DNA of 63,840 nucleotides, counting the filler, from Globobulimina sp. (taxonomy: Eukaryota): NCBI GenBank assembly GCA_003354225.1. It is 41 parts of 41 records of this genome, joined end to end, with 100 filler letters (N's around TTAATTAATTAA, not from the genome) between each part and the next. Parts side by side here need not be neighbours in the genome. Positions count along the whole stretch, not along the records: positions 60,825 to 62,282 come from PIVH01016358.1; positions 62,383 to 63,840 come from PIVH01016359.1; 39 more parts are not named here. One strand, written 5' to 3'. Both the position numbers and the translations under genes were made by a program. Positions 60,825-63,840 of the stretch are shown here, piece after piece (position 1 is the first letter of the stretch; each line of letters begins with the position of its first letter). The notes beneath the pieces were generated by a model. That model searched no databases, was not told where the DNA came from, and was given only the letters and a program-made list of their open reading frames with translations.

Positions 60825-61589
60825 GAAGCTTTTCAATATCATAATACAGATTTTCACGGAGATGATTTACAAATATGTTTAAATATTCACCAGTTAAAGA
60901 ATAAAAAATATTTAACTCAAGAGAATAAAGTTCATACTAGAAATTATAGAGTAGTTGCAGCATCTAATATGGTTGTCTCAACAATTGTTCCAAAATGTTG
61001 GATACACTTACGATCTGTATCAAGAAGATTATTCCCAGGAGAATGTGATTGTGATAATCCTGATTTACTTGGTCAGCGGGCAAAGGGTTGGTTTGTATCA
61101 AAACATAGATTTATTCCAAAATATTTCAAGGTTATTTTTAATTGTAAAGGAATAAAGGGAATGTGGGTCAGATTAGTAATCGGTTATGATTTATTTATTA
61201 TTTTAAACGAATATTTCGCAATATTTTACATGATATTTTTATTAGAAAGATATGGAGTATGGTTATTAGAAGGATTTATAATAGCAACGGCATGTAATAT
61301 ATTTATCTTATTAATTTTCAATCAATTTATATTAAAAAGAAATAAGATAAATTTACCGGTTGAGGCGATAACGACTCAACCCATAATTTATAAGATATTC
61401 ATGATTACTATTTATCGTTATTTAGGATTATTATATAATTTATTTGTTTATACACCAACTCATAGAACAGGGAAATTAATTAGATATAGATTAGAAGAAG
61501 AAGAGTTTAGACAAATAATAAGTGATATGTATATAAAACGAGAAGTAATTGAAGAAGAAGTTGAAGATGTAGAAATCGTTGTAATTTAA
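60825..61589 (+). CDS. Processive GT2 polysaccharide synthase-like protein (chitin/hyaluronan synthase-type), C-terminal part
   Basis: Frame is open from the contig start: FHGDDLQ...STIVP...LLGQRAKGW (variants of xED and QxxRW), followed by TM helices. Confidence 0.6.
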   Translation, partial: EAFQYHNTDFHGDDLQICLNIHQLKNKKYLTQENKVHTRNYRVVAASNMVVSTIVPKCWIHLRSVSRRLFPGECDCDNPDLLGQRAKGWFVSKHRFIPKYFKVIFNCKGIKGMWVRLVIGYDLFIILNEYFAIFYMIFLLERYGVWLLEGFIIATACNIFILLIFNQFILKRNKINLPVEAITTQPIIYKIFMITIYRYLGLLYNLFVYTPTHRTGKLIRYRLEEEEFRQIISDMYIKREVIEEEVEDVEIVVI

Positions 61590-61590
61590 T

Positions 61591-62280
61591 TTATTTTTCA
61601 TATGATAATAAATATGAAACTTTATCTTGACCTGTAATTCTTTTAATGTTATTAATAATTTTATTAATTTGTTTCATATCGGTGATTTTTATATCATTAA
61701 TATGTAATTTTGTAATTTCGTCTGGTTCAATTGGAGGTTCTGGTTTACAACAATCACAATTTTCACCACAATTTTCACATTCGCAAGGTTCACAAGTACA
61801 GTTTTCACATTCACAGTTTGGTTCTTCTGGTTCTGGTGTAGGTTCTGGGTCAATCGGTGGTTGTTCAATAGAAACACTATCATATTGTATAAAATTACTA
61901 CCATTATATCCAATGTTATTAGCAGCTATATGCCAAAAAATAATTTCTCTTCTACTATTTGGAGTATTTGTATCAAACCATTCTTTTATTTTATCTATTT
62001 TATATTTTAAACTAATAGTATCATCAATGCAAAATAATTTACCATCGTTAATCCATCTTAAAGCACCAACATCATTATTACGGAATCCAATTTTTCTTGC
62101 TTCATCAATATTAAAGTTATAATTATATAATATTTGACAAGTAGTTAATCCATTCTCATAATGATAATTCCCTTTTGTTGGATCATTAGCAAAACCATAT
62201 GATGGTAATCCAATAATAATTTTATTCATTTTTTCTTCTCCAATTTGTTCCAATAATATATTTAAAAATCCATCAAATGT
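61591..62280 (-). CDS. GH18 chitinase-like C-terminal barrel with Pro/Glu linker and Cys-rich tail, 5' truncated
   Basis: KIIIGLPSYG, IDDTISLKYK, IIFWHI; EPTPEPEEP followed by CECENCTCEPCECENCGENCDCC. Confidence 0.65.
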   Translation of the reverse strand, partial: TFDGFLNILLEQIGEEKMNKIIIGLPSYGFANDPTKGNYHYENGLTTCQILYNYNFNIDEARKIGFRNNDVGALRWINDGKLFCIDDTISLKYKIDKIKEWFDTNTPNSRREIIFWHIAANNIGYNGSNFIQYDSVSIEQPPIDPEPTPEPEEPNCECENCTCEPCECENCGENCDCCKPEPPIEPDEITKLHINDIKITDMKQINKIINNIKRITGQDKVSYLLSYEK

Positions 62281-62520
62281 AANNNNNNNNNNNNNNNNNN
62301 NNNNNNNNNNNNNNNNNNNNNNNNNNTTAATTAATTAANNNNNNNNNNNNNNNNNNNNNNNNNNNNNNNNNNNNNNNNNNNNAGTAAATTCTTGATTCTG
62401 TTCTAGTAAAAACTTTTTTTATTATCCGAAAAGTCTAAATTACAAAAAATGAATAAACAAATAAACAAACAAGTAAAGAAACAACAAAACAAACTGAAAA
62501 ACCTAAAATTTTAATTTCAG

Positions 62521-63468
62521 TTATTCAGAAACAAATTCAGCCAAAGAACTATCACTAATGTCTTGTAAATCAATTATTGAGTATTTACCATCTGATTTTC
62601 TTTTGCGTCGATTATAAGTTGTTGTTGTTGTTGAATGTTTAGATGATTCACTGTCAGTTTCAATTTTATCACTTTCATCTAAACTATTGTCATTGCTATC
62701 CTTTTCTATTTTAGTTTTGGGGCAATCACTATTCTGTTTTTTCTCATATTCAAATTCATAATCAATGTTTTCTTCATCAGTATCTTCACGAATATAATCA
62801 TTATCATTTCCAGCAGTTTGTAAACTAGTATATTGTTTATTTTGTTTTAAAAAATCAATCATTGCTGGTGGAATTTCGGATTTAGTATTAATAATATCAG
62901 TTAATGATTGTGTAGATATAAATGGTTGGCATTGATAATCATATATAATATGAAGATTTTTATTATATAATACTGTATTTTGTTCACGATTAGAATACAT
63001 ATCTGTACATAATTTGTCATGCGGTACATATATCCGAGCATGATATGGACACAATAATTTATGATTCCATTTATGAATAGTATCAGGTATAATTTCATTA
63101 TCAACAAATTCATCATCAATTACTAATCGATTCATATTCATAACAATACTTTTATTACTATGATAACCTGGAAATAAACAAAGATTTGCAATATCAAATT
63201 CGCCGTATTCACTATTATCAGCTGTTCCTAATTTCACTTTTCTTTCAATTGGATTAATAGACAATATTTTCAATGCACCAAAACGTGGTTGCCATTTATA
63301 TTTATCCCAAACCATTACTGCATCATTTATTGTATAATCTGTTTTTGAAATTTGTGATTGTTTATTAGATAGTAATTGTTCATCTGATTGATGTGCTTGA
63401 TACAATTGATGTGATTCATGTGGTTGTTCTTGTTGGTCTTGCTGTTGTTGTTCTTGTTGTTGTTCCAA
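62521..63468 (-). CDS. Hypothetical Gln/acidic low-complexity protein, partial
   Basis: 315-aa ORF, AT-rich, no confident domain. Confidence 0.4.
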   Translation of the reverse strand: MEQQQEQQQQDQQEQPHESHQLYQAHQSDEQLLSNKQSQISKTDYTINDAVMVWDKYKWQPRFGALKILSINPIERKVKLGTADNSEYGEFDIANLCLFPGYHSNKSIVMNMNRLVIDDEFVDNEIIPDTIHKWNHKLLCPYHARIYVPHDKLCTDMYSNREQNTVLYNKNLHIIYDYQCQPFISTQSLTDIINTKSEIPPAMIDFLKQNKQYTSLQTAGNDNDYIREDTDEENIDYEFEYEKKQNSDCPKTKIEKDSNDNSLDESDKIETDSESSKHSTTTTTYNRRKRKSDGKYSIIDLQDISDSSLAEFVSE

Positions 63469-63840
63469 TTCTGATTCTAGTTTTGAATTTTGTCTTGGTT
63501 GTGATTGTTGTTCTGGTTTTTGTAAATGAGACGATATTGTTTGTCTTTGTGATGAACAGCAATGTTCACATTTATCTTGTAATACATATGGTATTGTAAT
63601 TGTATGATTTGAATAATTCCGTGAAAATAAAGTTTGTGTTCCATATTTTTTTTCAATATATTTTAAATTTAATTTATTTTTTCGACGACATTTGAATTTA
63701 GGTTCACGATTTGGTATAATATCGGAAAAAAGATTATGTTTTCGTTTTCGATTTTGTATTTCTATCTGTTTTGGGTTTTTTTTAGGTTTCTTCTTACAAA
63801 TATTAATACTACTACTATTATCATTATAATCACTATCACT

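Noticed and set aside
1462-62382. Regularly spaced TTAATTAATTAA repeats as a CRISPR-like or biological array
   Set aside because: Always embedded in fixed N runs; an artificial six-frame-stop linker. ORF ends such as XXXLIN are artefacts.

Overview
This window is not a contiguous locus. It is 41 unrelated contigs of about 1,458-1,461 bp, sorted by length and joined by an artificial 100-bp spacer (N44-TTAATTAATTAA-N44), so neighbourhoods are only meaningful within a contig. Most contigs are AT-rich eukaryotic DNA with short (60-85 nt) GT-AG introns. The gene content (WD40, kelch, PPR, HSPA12-like, caspase-like, GAS8, Nup93) best fits a protist, probably a foraminiferan or other rhizarian; that assignment is an inference. 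Mixed in are a bacterial Septu-like defence pair (PtuA ATPase plus PtuB HNH), a LINE, a DIRS/Ngaro-type retroelement, a Polinton-type integrase, MITE-like ends, and a compact virus-like contig carrying a processive GT2 next to a GH18-like gene. At least two contigs look like bacteria/eukaryote chimeras. The best candidates for novelty are a spliced BAR-PH-alpha-carbonic-anhydrase fusion, the virus-like GT2/GH18 module, and a short 'LVxG(Y/F)IR...IPxxI' motif reused across unrelated proteins. All calls come from reading motifs by eye; no database searches were run.
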